The position numbers and the translations under genes are program-made. A stretch of 64,000 nt of DNA from Nymphaea colorata (lineage: Eukaryota): the NCBI RefSeq assembly GCF_008831285.2, contig NC_045138.2:10230001-10294000 (forward strand). Direction: 5' to 3'. Position 1 is the stretch's first letter. Every line of letters starts with the position of its first letter. This document shows, one piece after another, positions 1 through 12,892 of this stretch. Below the pieces are notes generated by a model that ran no database searches, was not told the DNA's origin, and saw nothing but the letters and a program-made list of their open reading frames with translations.

Positions 1-81
1 ATATATATTTCTGAAGTTGCTGTGTTCGTACCTATATCCTTGTACCCGTACCCAAACCGCACCCGTACTCATGTGACTTAT
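1..81. mobile_element. Right end of hAT-type MITE (CTAWGTCACA TIR family), truncated by window edge
   Basis: CGTACC/CCGTAC subterminal repeats ending in catgtgactta, like the right ends at 619, 22336 and 44693. Confidence 0.55.
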
Positions 82-321
82 TGGCCATATTTGATTGAAG
101 AGAGCTACGATGGCTGGAAGTGCTACTATTGAACAAGAGAAGATACTAGACTACCATTGTAAAGTGAAGGAGGGAGAGAAGCATAATATTTGTGGAATAT
201 CAAAGAGAAAAATGAGAGAGAACAGGACACGATATAGGCTACATATGAACAGTACTGGTATTAGTCATGAAACAATCGTCATTGAAGTGTGATAATAAGG
301 ATAGCCTTCAGCACTTATAGG

Positions 322-619
322 CTATGATGTCACATGGGTGCCGGGTGCGGGTGCATGATGCGGCAAGTTCCAAAAAAATTGAGTGCACTGTGTGTGTGTG
401 TGTGTTATCTGTTATATAAGTAATTTTATTTATCTATATTTTTAAACTTTTTTTTGTCAAGGTTACTTTGAATCAATATATCAATGAAAACTCAGCCAAA
501 ACATTTTTCAGAATGGCCAAAACTCATTTGACGCTGTGTCAGGAACTCGGGCTGCACCACCACCTGCACATATGCGGGTGCAGGTGCGCCACCATAGTTG
601 GCGCACCCGTGTGATTTAG
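322..619. mobile_element. hAT-type MITE
   Basis: Imperfect TIRs ctatgatgtcacatggg / cccgtgtgatttag; perfect 8-bp TSD CTTATAGG at 314-321 and 620-627; GGGTGC subterminal repeats. Confidence 0.85.
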
Positions 620-2199
620 CTTATAGGTTTCCTTGCTTTCAGTTTTGACCAAGAGTTGATTTCATGAGGCTGGAAGTTGTCAAAATTGGAGGTTGGACAC
701 GGGTGGTTCGAGCCCCTAAAAGACTAGTGGTTCAACCATAGTCTCAAATATCATTTATGGATTTTAAAGGACAACGTTTCTCGGGTATAATACAGCAATA
801 TTGTTTTTTAGAAAAAATGTAGTCAAACTTTAAAAAAGTTCAAAAGAAAAATCTTAAAGTAAAATGAAAAATAAAACAGTAATAGAAATGCAACTGAACG
901 CCAAAAAACATGAAAGAAACAGGCTTTTTTTGTTTTTTGGAGTTTTTTTGTTTTGTCATTTTTTCAAAAAGCAGGTATTTTGCAGTTTTATACAGCTTAC
1001 CTATTGGTTCCACTTAGTCCAAGTTGATTGACTATAAATAAATAAATACATTTATGATTTATATGTTTATATTTATATGACCTTAATTAGAAAATCATTT
1101 ATATCTATGCAAAGAATGCACATATGTATTTGTAGGTTAGAAATTAGTTGGCTGACCAGCGACTAGGCTGGCTGTTTAACTAGTCTGACTAACTAGTCGA
1201 TTTTGAAACCATCAATAATTGACTAGTCGAATTGACAACTAAAGCCAAGTTACACTCAGTATGTCTGCAAAGAAGTTATTAAGAAGGCTGTTAAAAAAAT
1301 GAAAATATAGTAGTCAAAATATTAATTGACACTGCCCGTGCCTGGTGTCTAAGGGATCAGTCATTTTAACATTTGTAAAAAAGAAAATATTAGTAGATGT
1401 TATCTTAAAAAATAGGCAATATTTTGTGGTGGATAGTCCAAGGGGTAACCCCAGGGCTGAATGCTCTTTCAACTAGCACCTTGTAAAACTTCTATTTAGA
1501 GGAGGATATTATTGTTTTCCTCAATACTTTAATTTGTTCTGTTAGTTATTGATATCTAAAATAAAAGTTTTTGTTTCATGTATGTCCATGAATTGGCTTG
1601 GTCCTTGATAATCTTTGTTCTTGGGACTAATGTTGTAAAGTGTGTATCGTAACACGTATCAATCAGGCAAATAGTTAGTTACGTTACATGTAAACATGTT
1701 TTTATCTTTTTAAAATTAAGAAATATGAACGGAACAAAAAAATATAAAAATTAAGAAATTATAGGGAAACTAGTAAAAATTAGGGAAAATATGATTTCTA
1801 TATGTTATTCATAGACTGATAATCATCAGTTTCACATCCATGATCCATCAGTTTAACTTAGAGTTTTAAACATCAAGATATAAACTTGTTCACTACAAAA
1901 GATGAATGTCAAGGTATTGTTCTTTTTCTTCTTCATCATCTTTTTCTTTATATTCTCCTTTAATTTTTGCACCATCACCACCATGTAAAATCTCTTCATC
2001 ATTGATTCTGCTCTTTCAAAGTTTACGCAACGGGAGGTTCTTTTTCAAACCATGCATCCAATACATCAACGTGCTCCAAGCTTATAAGCTCAACCTGCTC
2101 TTTATGCTTTTTTGTTGATGGTTCCTTTAATTGCCTCAAGAATTAACACATATCATAAAATATTTTATTGTAAATTCAAGTGTTTGGTGGTTTATTACC

Positions 2200-4589
2200 T
2201 CTTTCTCAATTTTACATATTATATTAAACATAAAGAAACCTTTCAATCCCTTATATTTGAATCTATTCACCTTCTTGGTGCGGGAATCTATTCATCTTCT
2301 TGGTATGACAATTGAGAGACACTTCAATCCTTTTCACGTTTACTTGCTGTTAGTGTCCATGTTTTGGATTGGTAATCGGGTCTGGATCGGGTCTACGGGA
2401 CTGACCCAGAAGATGGTTATAAATAAGGGATTTGGGGGTGCAATTAGGGATATCAAATGTAATGCAATTCCTCTGGTGAGGGTTTGCTCTAACTGGGTTA
2501 GGGCAGAGCGTGGGAGTGAGTTTGGGGTAGTGTTTACATTGTAAGAGGCGGCAGTTAGCAAGTGGTTGCTAAGACTTGCATTGCATGTTCGTTCAAGATT
2601 TGAATTACAAAAGTTTCAAGGTTTGGCCAATTACTCTCAGACAGACCTATTACACTACATATTTGAATAAATAAACTAGAGAACTTGAAACAAACAAAAT
2701 TATTATGGAAGATAAATGGTTAAACGATAAATTTAATTACAAAAACTTGAATGCATGCAATGCTTCTTATGTTACCTTGGGCATTATCACATATTTTCAT
2801 CTCACAATCAATGACATCTTGCATCTCAATCTCAAGGACTGATATCTCAGAATAGTCCAGTAGCCCCTTATTCACTTCTCTAAGTATTCTGAATGTTGGT
2901 GAATGCCTTAGTACAGGATTTAATTATCGTAATAGATTTCTGCATGAACGGTATAATGAAGTTTCCAAATCCACCTTTCATTATAATATCCAACTACAAA
3001 TCCTTTTTTTTTTTCTTTCCTTTGAGGTGCTCTCTGATTGTCTCTTTTGTTTTGCCTTGGCTCCATAGATGTACCAGTAATTGTATAGTCGCGGTCAAAC
3101 CTATTTCAGGACTTTCACCAAGGGTATACTGATTTTCTAATAACATGGTATTCTCAAAACTAATTAATGAATACAACCTGTAACTTCTCTTGACTTTCTC
3201 TTATGTGCGTGAGTTCACAACCGCATTCATCACCTAAGAGCGTCAACCTCAAAGCATTTCTCCACTCACCGATTACTATCAAAATATTATAGCAAACCGT
3301 GTTTGTGCAAGTCGAATCAATTCAGCTCCATTTGTGAATTTCCTCATCAAATTCAAGACATAAGCATGATTATAAATAAACTTCGTAATTTGTTGGCATA
3401 TTTGAACTGTCAACTTCATATCATCTCTTTCACCAAGATCCTGAAGCATAAGATTTACACAATGAACAACACATGGACTCCAATAAAATGTCCTATATCG
3501 TGTTGCTAACATTTGTTGCTAACATTTCACCTGCAGCTTTATAATTTGTTGCATTTTCAATGATAAATTGCACGACATTTTGAGGCCCAACTTCTTGTAT
3601 AACTTTATCAAAAACCTCAAACAAAACATCAGCAGTCTTAGGAGTATCAGACAAATCAACAAATTTTAAGAACATAGTACCAAGGGGGCAATATGCAAGG
3701 AAGTTTACCAATGTTTTGTTCTTGATGTCTGTCCATCCATCTGCCAGTACACTGCATCCTGTAGCTTTCCAGCTCAATTTCAGTTCATCACAATATGTCT
3801 TGACATCTCTAACTACATTGTTGAGAATTTTATCTCGCAATTTATGAAAAGAGGGCATTTTATACCATCGGCCTACAATAGCAATTGCATCTGCTATAGC
3901 CTAAAAATGAAAAGAGTTTGCTGCATTGAAGGGAATGGATGCGTCATAGAACCACCTTCCTATGGTTTCATCTGCTGCCTCAACAATATCTTTTGAACAC
4001 ATGGCTGTATGAATCTCAGGCTAAGCACCAATAGCAGTATAATTGGGAAAAAATTCTTGATCGAACCAGACATATTACTCGACTTCATAGTAGGTACTCT
4101 ACCAACACCGGTACGACCCTCACTCCTGCCACATCCTCGTAAAGCTGTACTTGCACTTGCACCTCTTCTTTTTTTGGTTGCAGCTGAAGAACCACCTGTA
4201 TGCATAATGTCTTTCCCTTTAGCTGTTCCCAAACTGACACCAACATGTTCTTCTTCAAGCTCAACATCTTCACCTTCACTTTCTTCCTGTTCATGTGGGT
4301 CCCCATATCCTTCCTCTGCATCTTGCATTTCCTTTTCAATCCTATTTGCTTTCACTGCATTAAGAAGCTCCATACACTGGTGCTTTACATACGCTGGCAA
4401 TGGATTCTCTTGGGAGCCATTGCAAGCAGCAACATCGCTGTGTGTACCAGCTATATGGTTTTTAAAGCGAGAGATCCCTCCTGATATGATTTGCTTACAA
4501 TAATTGCACTTAACTCTTAACCTATCTTTGGGATTCACCCTTGTACACCACTGCCATGCAGGATTCGACATTATATCTTCACAAAACAA
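2200..4589 (-). pseudogene. hAT transposase pseudogene
   Basis: BED finger AWQWC..VKCNYC..GGISRFKNH (3960-4589); CSVLADGWTD (3493-3858); WSPCVVHCVNLML and TRFA (3279-3512); HTKKxNRF-like dimerisation remnant near 2250-2310; stops and frameshifts. Confidence 0.85.
2348..2574. mobile_element. Solo LTR inserted in the hAT element
   Basis: Starts tgttag, ends tgctaaga (decayed ..ctaaca); 5-bp TSD CTTGC at 2343-2347 and 2575-2579; resembles LTRs at 15611 and 17673. Confidence 0.75.
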
Positions 4590-5036
4590 GTAAAAACATA
4601 CAAATAAATGTAGGAAATAAGAGAAATGAACGATTCAACGACAAAAATGAGTTATTTCTTACTTTCTTGGTCTTAGAAACCAAAAAACCCTCTTTCTCCA
4701 AGCTTCCCACCGTCCCGAGACTCCCCACAACAAGAAATAAAGCTTCTTCACTGGCAAATCTTGATGCAAATGGAGAAAATCTCTCCCTCCCACGTCTCTT
4801 GCAGTGTTTAGAAACAATAGAAGAGAGAGAGAGGAGCGTAGGTTTTAAAAAAAGACGCACAAAAGGGGCCATTGGGCCCCTTTTTCATTTTAACCCCGTA
4901 TCGTACGATACGGGGGTGTATCGCCCGTATCGCATGATACAGGCGATACGCTTGCGATACGCATGCATATTGTGTACAGAACATGTGTCGTATCGTTTTT
5001 GTTGATACGGACGATAGGTATCGTATGATACGCGTC

Positions 5037-5261
5037 CGTATCGTACGATAAAGATAACATTGATCATATCATCTACATATAAAAACAACACAATTATTCC
5101 TATAGCAGTATTTTTAACAAACATAGCAGTATAAGAATAGCATGATGGACGCGTATCGTACGATACAGATAACATTGATCATATCATCTACATATAAAAA
5201 CAACACAATTATTCCTATAGCAGTATTTTTAACAAACATAGTAGTATAAGAATAGCATGAT
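5037..5261. repeat. Tandem duplication (110-bp unit, 115-bp period) spanning the hAT-end/copia junction
   Basis: 5037-5146 and 5152-5261 differ at two positions. Confidence 0.95.
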
Positions 5262-8200
5262 TTAAAACCTTGTTTAAATATTGCATTGCTAAACTTGTCA
5301 AACCAAGCTTTTGGAACTTGTTTCAAGCCATATAGTGCCTTGCTAAGCTGGAGAACTTTTCCATTAGGTAAATCAAGCCTAGGGGGTGAGTTCATGTACA
5401 CCTCCTCATTTAAGTAACCATTCAAAAAAACATTCTTGACATCCATTTAATATATAGACCATTGCTTGATGGCAGCAACAACTGTTAGGGTCCTAATTGA
5501 TGTCATTCTAGCAACATGAGCAAAGGTTTCTTGTAGTCTATGTCATATTCTTGAGCATACCCTTTTATCAACTAATCTAGCTTTATACCTTTCAAGTGAT
5601 CTATCACTTCTAGTCTTAATTTTATATATCCACCTACATCCTATTGCGTTTTTCCATATAGGAAGAGAAATAATATCTCAAGTTCTATTGTTTTCAAAGG
5701 TTCTAAATTCGTTGTTCACAGCTTCAATCCAATGTGGGTTAGTCTTGACTTCAAGATAGGATGAGGGTTTATCAAAGGAGTGAATAGCTAATAAATAAGC
5801 CTTATTTTTTCGGGAAAATAACTCATAAATGACAAACTTTTGAGGTAGATTGCTATCTCTTTGGGATCTCCTAAGAATAGGTTGAGACTATTGGGTGCTT
5901 TCTTGACTCTTCCTATAAGCTATAACTTCTCTTGTTGGTCTATTATTAAAAGGAATGCTATGAATCTCATTCAAAGTATCATCACATGAAGAATGTAAAA
6001 CATCATCATCATCTTTTATCCATAAAAAAGAATAGTCATCTTCATGCTTGGGTTCATTTGCATCAAAGTCATTTTTTTCTTTTAAAAATATTACATTTCT
6101 TGAAATAAACGCTTTATCTTTTTCAATGTCATAGCATCTATATCCTTTTTGAGTTTTGGAATAACCAATAAAGACACATCTAATAGCTTTAGATGAAAGC
6201 TTGTCATTTTTGTCATTTAGAATATAACACTTGCAACCAAAGGCTTTAAATCGTTTATAAATTGGTTCAAAATTAAAAAGGTTTTGAAAAGGTGAAATGT
6301 TTTCTAAAATCTTAGAAGGCATTCTATTAATCAAATAAATGGATGTTAAAATGGTTTCTGCCCAAAAAATTTTTTGGAACATTCTTTGATATAAGAAGAG
6401 CTCTTGTTGTTTCAACTTTCAAGTATATGTCTATGTTTTTTTTCAGCAACTTCATTTTGTTGGTGGCTTTTGGGACAAAATTTTTATGTATAATTCCATT
6501 TTCCTTTAGAAATTCTTTTAATTCATTGGAAATGAATTTTCCCCCAGAATCACTTGTAAAAATTTTTAGCTTGGGATCAAATTGTGTTTTAATCATATTG
6601 TAAAAGTTTTTGAAATTCATAAAGAGTTTTTATTTGTGTTTAAGAAAATAAACCCAATCATATCGAGAGTAATCATCTATAGAAATAACATAATATAGCA
6701 AACCACCTTTAGACATAATAGGAGCGGGTCCTCATATATCCGAATGAACTAGTTGAAAGGGTACTTTAACAAAGTTTCTATTGCCAAAAAGTAAAACCTT
6801 AATTTTGACCTTAATGAAATCATCACAAGAAATTGTTTCTTTACATTTCTCCTCAAAAAATGGGATACAAAACATTTTTCCTAAACTTGAGAGTCTAACT
6901 CTTTGATGCCAAATTTGAATGTCACTTTTCTGAACAATGTTACAAGTAGGGTTGAAAAGATTTAAATAATTAACATAGTAGAGATCATTTTTCTTAGAAT
7001 CTTCCTCAATTGTCTTCTTGGAAAGATGGTCCTTTATCAAAAATTTGTTTTGTAATAAGACAATATCACATCCATGATCGGTTATTTGAGAAACCAATAA
7101 GAGATTCGAGTTAAGTTTGGGAATAATCTAATTTTTTTTATTTTGGAAACTTTTGAATTAAAATTTTGATCAATATCTTCAATACATTTGATTTTAAGAG
7201 GAGTTTCATCCACGGTTTTAAAATAGGGCATGACTCTTTCTTAGTGCATTCAGTAAGTAGCGAACTATAAGGGGTCATATGAAATGAAGCTCTGGAATCA
7301 AGTATTCAAGAGTACTTATTTAATGATGTAGATGCCACATTTGCTTCGAAAATTGAAGAAGCCCTTCCTTTGAAAAGTGGTTGAAGAGCATCAATGAGCT
7401 TCAGTTGGAGAGCACTTACAAGCTTGTCTAGGTTGAAATGATTGCTTTCATTACTTTATTTATGCATTACTCCTGACACACTTGTCTTATTATCAAATTT
7501 ATTCAATTTAGGACACTTAGGTTTAATATGTCATTTTTTTCGGCAATGAAAACATATAATCTTTTTGTTGTTATCCTCATAATGTGAATTGAAATGTGGA
7601 GACCTATAGGTTTTCATAGGAGCACCAAGTCTTGAGGTAGCAAGAACACTTTCATTCTTCCATCTAGAAAAGTTAAGTCTATTCTCTTCTATTTGAAACT
7701 CTGCTATAGTCTCATTCATAGATGACAACGAAGTAAAGAGGTTTTGACCTCATCATATTCCGGTCTAAGACCAAGAATAAATTTATAAAATTTTTCCTTT
7801 TGAATTTATTTTTCTCTTGGCACTATGTCTCTTGGATCAAAAACCATTCGGGTTCAAATAAGGCTAGTTCATCCCATAATTGTTTTATCTTTCTAATGTA
7901 CTCCTTAATAGATTTATCTTCTTGTTGGAGACTTGCAATTTTCATTTGAAGGTTGCACATGTAAACTACATCCTTCATAAAATGGGTTTTATTGAGGAAT
8001 TTTCAAGCTTCATGAGCAAAATTATGTTTGGCTATTTGACTCATAGTTGTAGTATCAACACAAGCAAGAATCCATGTAATGATTTTGTGGTGTCCTATCT
8101 TTCATTCTTCTCATTTTTTTTATACTCATTCACAACCTTATCTTTTTCGATTTCATCTAGTTCATGGGCTTTTTCATCTATGATTTTGGTTAAGACTAAT

Positions 8201-9078
8201 TGTGGCTCACTTTTAGACCCATCAACAAGTTCCCACAATCCTTTACTTTTAGTGAAGTATTTTATAGTTTTTGCTCGTTGAACATAATTAGATGAAGTAA
8301 GCTTAGGTAGAGGAATGGAAGTAGTTCTCTCATCCATGATGTGTATTTTGTATAGATGTAGTTGAGTTGTTGAGGTAGCACTAAGTTGAAAATAGCCACA
8401 AAAACAGCAACAAGAGAGCTTGAAGCAGCACCAAAACAGTCCACGAAATCAGCCACAAAAATTTAGCAAGATAGAAGTTTGTGACAACACCAAAAACAAC
8501 CACAAAAGTCAATGAGATATCCACGAAAAACAACCACAAAAGTTAATGAGATATCTACGAAAAACAACCACCAAAGATCAGCAAGAAGATAGCTTCTCTT
8601 GTGCAAAACATCAAACAGTTGGTGTGCTTCGTAGCTATGAAGAGGCAGCAAGGATTGATTTTTCAAGACTTTGAAAATCAGCAAATAAAGAGCCAAAGCT
8701 CTGCTACCGTGTAAATCAAGCCTGAACTTAATGATAGAAACATTTGAATCTCAAATAATACACAAATTCAGGCATTAAAGCCCATCCTAAGCAAGACATC
8801 CAAGTGGCTAAGTCCCTTATTTATAGAAGAAAGAAAGGAAGAAGGGAAAAAGGAGCTAGCTGTTGGGCAGCTCCAACTGCTAGATTTAGCCATTGGGAAC
8901 AGCCAACAGCTTGTTCCCTTTGCTAATAAAAAGAAATACAAAAATATACAAAAAAATACATGAAACATAAAAGGAAAATAAATACAAAAAGGCCACTACT
9001 AGGAGTTTAAGATATATGATAGTACATATAAAAGCATATATGCATACCTACATTAGAGCTAATCCTTAATTTCTAACA
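5063..9078 (-). mobile_element. Ty1/copia LTR retrotransposon, 3'-truncated within RT
   Basis: 5' LTR 8710-9078 (TG..CA); decayed iMet PBS gctctgctaccg 8698-8709; gag KLTSSNY..LWELVDG (8095-8337); knuckle CFHC (7531-7728); integrase SDSGGKF, FWAETILTSIYLINRMPS; RT MDVKNVFLNG..KALYGLKQ..YVDDMI cut at 5063/5178. Confidence 0.9.
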
Positions 9079-9490
9079 GTCCGTACCAAAGGAATGTGAA
9101 AGGTTCTGCGTTCTATCTGAAAAATGTTGGCAACTATCCCTAGACATTAGGAACTTTCAAAGGTTTGAATTTACTGGTTCATTTCTCATATTATGTAAAA
9201 CCACATCTTCTGAATATTGGAACCTTGAAAAGTTGAAACATCCTTTTAGGCTTTTAGCCTTCTGACTAGTAAGAAGATACAAAAGTTTGGAACAAAACTA
9301 ACAAAGCTATAAAGTTGTTAAAACCATCATCAAACTCATGAAAAGTATAAACCCAGATTCATAAGATAGAGCAGAATTTGGCACCTCGTAATCAAGTAAT
9401 CACTTCTAAAGTCATATCTCCGTCTTGTCAAAACATTGCAACTTGCATTTTACCTAGGCCATGAATCTCATCAATTCTTCGAGTTCTTCT

Positions 9491-9556
9491 TCACTTGCTC
9501 TATGTTTTTATTACACCATTAGTGTCACTTGCTCTATGTTTTTTATTACACCATTA
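9491..9556. repeat. ~34-bp tandem duplication
   Basis: tcacttgctctatgttttt(t)attacaccatta twice. Confidence 0.85.
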
Positions 9557-9939
9557 TTGTGGACACATGTAGCTGGTTGAGATCTTCTGCATGTCGCTCT
9601 CATCCACTGTCGGCTTGTTGGGGCAATGAATTTCACATGAAGACAACCTGCATGCAATCAGAAATAAAGTCTGTAAAGGAGACAAGAGGTTCCACAAGCG
9701 GTTGCATCTTAAGAAGTGTATAGAGATCCAAACCATACTGTTGGTCTATTAAATTCACTTAGCTGTCATTTCATATACCTGGCAAACTGACTGGATGCAT
9801 GTGTCAAATGTGGTTAGGTATTAGATGCTTAATAACTCCTTGCTAAGTTGCTAGGGGGTACAAGTTTCAAAACCAGACTCCTCTGTCTCATATGCTTTTT
9901 CCTTCTATGTTGATGAAGTTGCTGATTCTTATTGTATAG

Positions 9940-10010
9940 GTTGCATGGCTGCTTTGGATGCTGAACACTACTTGCAGGAGATAGGAGAACAAGAGGGTAA
10001 GTATGATTGA
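9940..10010 (+). CDS. NTR: NADPH-dependent thioredoxin reductase (NTRA/NTRB type), terminal coding exon
   Basis: Acceptor attgtatag|GT (phase 1) then (G)[22 protein letters not shown], matching the plant NTR C-terminus; not in the ORF track. Confidence 0.9.
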
Positions 10011-11053
10011 CTAGTCTCTCTTGGGGAGCCCCAAGCACGTACCAAGCTTCGAGTGAGAGCGACCTTGTAGCATCTTGTTGTCATTGCCCACTTGGAAGTC
10101 CATCCCTGGTTTTACAGTATGATCTTTGGCAAATTGAAGTATTGTATGGAACATGTTATGAGCATTTATTCGAACATTTATTCAATTGTTGTTGAAATAC
10201 ATTTGGTGCGGATTTCTGTTTGCATGGAACAACAAAAGTTAAATGAGAAAGGAGTTTTCTCTGGAAGAAGGCTTGGAAATGGCCAACCGAGAAAAGAACA
10301 ACCAAACTCCTCGAAACTCAGCTCAGCTTGCTCTTAGCGCTTGTGCATCACTGTTACAGGAGATGCCAGAAATTTGGTGGTCACTTGGACGTCCCAGTTG
10401 TTTGATTCTTGCTATCATCTCTTCATGCAAAACACTCAGCTCATATTGTGGGAAGGGGGTGCCTAATTACTTCAGTTATAAGCATATTTCTGTTAATTCG
10501 GATAGGGTGGCTGTTACGAAAAAATAAAAATGGTTGCGTAAATCCGATCCACCTAATGAAAAAAGGTGGACTATTTCTATTCAAAAGGAGGTCCATACTT
10601 GGTTAGATAGATCCGAGTAAAATGTTGATTTGTGCTTGCGGGGAATTCCGCCACTTCAGCTACTGAAAAGAAAAAAAAATAGAGTTGCGGACTTTCAAGC
10701 AACTATATATTGTAATCAGTTTTTTTTTTCTTTTTTTAATAATCGAGTTTAAGGAGAAACTTGTATGTGAATCTTCTTGGGTTTAGTGATATACAACCAG
10801 TTCACAGGTTGTCAAAATGCAACTAAGTTTTCAGTCCAAACCGCATACTGCGGAGGATTTTGTTCGATTTTATATTTGATCTAGAGGCTCATTTCATGAA
10901 TATAGGCTGTGTTTGGATAACACTTTCAAAAACAGCGTTTTGTGAGAACTAGGTTTATCGCAACCTAATCTTTTCTCTCCTACTTGGGAAAGGTATTTTG
11001 TCTAAATTAGGTTTTTTAGAAAGTCAGTTGCAATGATAATTAATAGTAGTGGA

Positions 11054-11314
11054 GGTGCTTCAAGGGGCATAGCGTAGTTGGTCGAGTTAGGGGCCTAGTT
11101 GGTCGAGTTAGGGGTCTGTATTATGGCAGGTCTTTAGTTTGATTCTTATGGGCGCTATGTTTCTGTGTCTTAAGGCGGTAGGGCGCGGCACCCAAGCTGA
11201 AAGGTGCACCGTTGCTATTGCTGACACCGACGTAGCTCAGGACCCCGAAGGCAGAGGGAATGAGGGGGCCTTCAGACCTTTTTCGGGCAGTGCGTTTCAT
11301 ACCCCTTGCTCACC
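11054..11314 (+). mobile_element. tRNA-headed SINE-like insertion with complementary ends
   Basis: A-box TAGCGTAGTTGG (11070-11081); decayed B-box agtttgattct (~11137); direct repeat TAGTAGTGGAGG at 11044 and 11315; caaggggcat / ataccccttg inverted ends; internal tagttggtcgagttaggg duplication. Confidence 0.6.
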
Positions 11315-12769
11315 TAGTAGTGGAGGCACGTGATGGCTGTTGTGGACAATTACTCAAATCAGCCCATAAAATTTACCTTTATTTACACATTGGTACTTCA
11401 TTATTTTTTTTACTTGTTTATATATGAGTACTTAACCAAAATATTGTGGCTCAGCCGCTGCACATATACATGCTTTAAAAGTTGCTTTGGAAGCAAAACA
11501 ACGTGCTGAGTCTGCTGACTTGCATAGTGCTCCAGGTCTAATTGCTAAATTTATATCCATTCAAATGATGGCCCGAACCATGGCCAGTTAAAATTTAAAT
11601 TCTTTGCATTATTCAAGCTGACTTGCATAGTGCGCCCGATTCAAATAGTTATCTGAATTTCGAATAGGAAGGCCCTAAACGCTACCTGCTACTTCATAAT
11701 AAGTCTTTTTACAACCAAACTGAATAAACGACTGGTAATGTTACCTGAGCTCTTCTCAAGCCAACCTATGCCGGACCTCATCGACCGGTTTCTAAGATTG
11801 GTAGCAGAATCATCACTCCCCTGAAGTGAAAGACCAAGACGCACTGAGTTAAACTATGGCCCTTCCCAACAGAGTGAAAAATTACGAAGCCAAGACCCAA
11901 TCGAGCACCGGAAGTCTACAACGGTGAGGTAAGATAATCAGTCACCAACATTTTTTTCCCTTAAATGTAATTCGAATGCCCATTATTTGCCTATTGAGTG
12001 AGAGAATTGCATCTCACTATTCCTTCTCTTTGCCTCTTATGGTGTTCGACAACAGTAACACATTGTTATTGTTTCATGAATCTGCTCCAAAAAAATGAAA
12101 CTGTTTCATGAAGTTTACTTGTTACTGTGTTTTATGAATATGCATTTTTTTGGGGGCAAATTTAAAGGACAGTAATAAAGTGTTATTGTTGCCAAATTAT
12201 CATTTATCTCTTAGTGTCCAAAACGTTATTCTTCCATATTGTTATAGAGGATTACTGCCAACAAGTATCAAACTGAGACGTATAATTTTAGCCCGACCGA
12301 CTCCTATGCCTGTTCAGGCATTATTTCTCATTCACATAACACAACACAAAAATATCATCTATTGAGGACCCCGACTCGTTGTTAACGGACTTCAATTATA
12401 AATTGGATTTATCTTACTCTGAGTCTCGGAACTTGAATGGGACACGGCGGATTGAAATTCTCGGACCTGACTCTTTGGTCCCGAACCGGCCCTCTTACTG
12501 CCTAGTTGAAGTGTTGAACTTGCCCCGCAAGTTGTTGCGACCGCGGTCGCTGCTGCCGGTGGTTCTCTTCGGGAGTTTGGTCAGTACAAAAATTGGCTGC
12601 CGCAGCGCCACGGCCCACAGGCCACAGCTGAGTAGCAGCGGTGTCCTGCCATCAGCCGTAGACTTCAGTTTCAGTTTTCTCCTTTTGGCCTCAGGGGCAG
12701 CGAGAGGAGGATCCTTTTCTGCCTTCCCTCCATTTTCTCAGGCCTCGGCATTCTCCCTCTTATGTTACA

Positions 12770-12775
12770 CACGTG
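12770..12775. promoter_or_regulatory. G-box (CACGTG) upstream of the small gene
   Basis: CACGTG ~120 bp 5' of ATG 12892; motif match only. Confidence 0.25.
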
Positions 12776-12861
12776 ACATGCCTCCCTGTCTTTCCCGAGT
12801 TCCCACCACCACCATCACCTTCGTACTCCGGAGTATTGGACAGTGCCACCCGTCATAGTGG

Positions 12862-12865
<4 letters not shown>

Positions 12866-12892
<27 letters not shown>
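12866..12892. repeat. (GA)n microsatellite abutting the start codon
   Basis: Perfect GA run directly before ATG. Confidence 0.95.

Larger units (their letters stand above)
1628..5062 (-). mobile_element. hAT DNA transposon (BED-finger/DUF659-type transposase), decayed
   Basis: Ends taatgttgtaaagtgtgtatcg / cgataaagataacattg; dense CGTATCG/CGATACG subterminal repeats 4897-5050; transposase pieces on minus strand; flanks do not form a TSD. Confidence 0.85.

Noticed and set aside
700..740. ggttcgagccc B-box as part of a tRNA
   Set aside because: No A-box or cloverleaf
4009..4503. Long ORFs antisense to TE genes (e.g. 4009-4503, 54611-55057, 60280-60591)
   Set aside because: Shadow frames of transposase or gag-pol sequence
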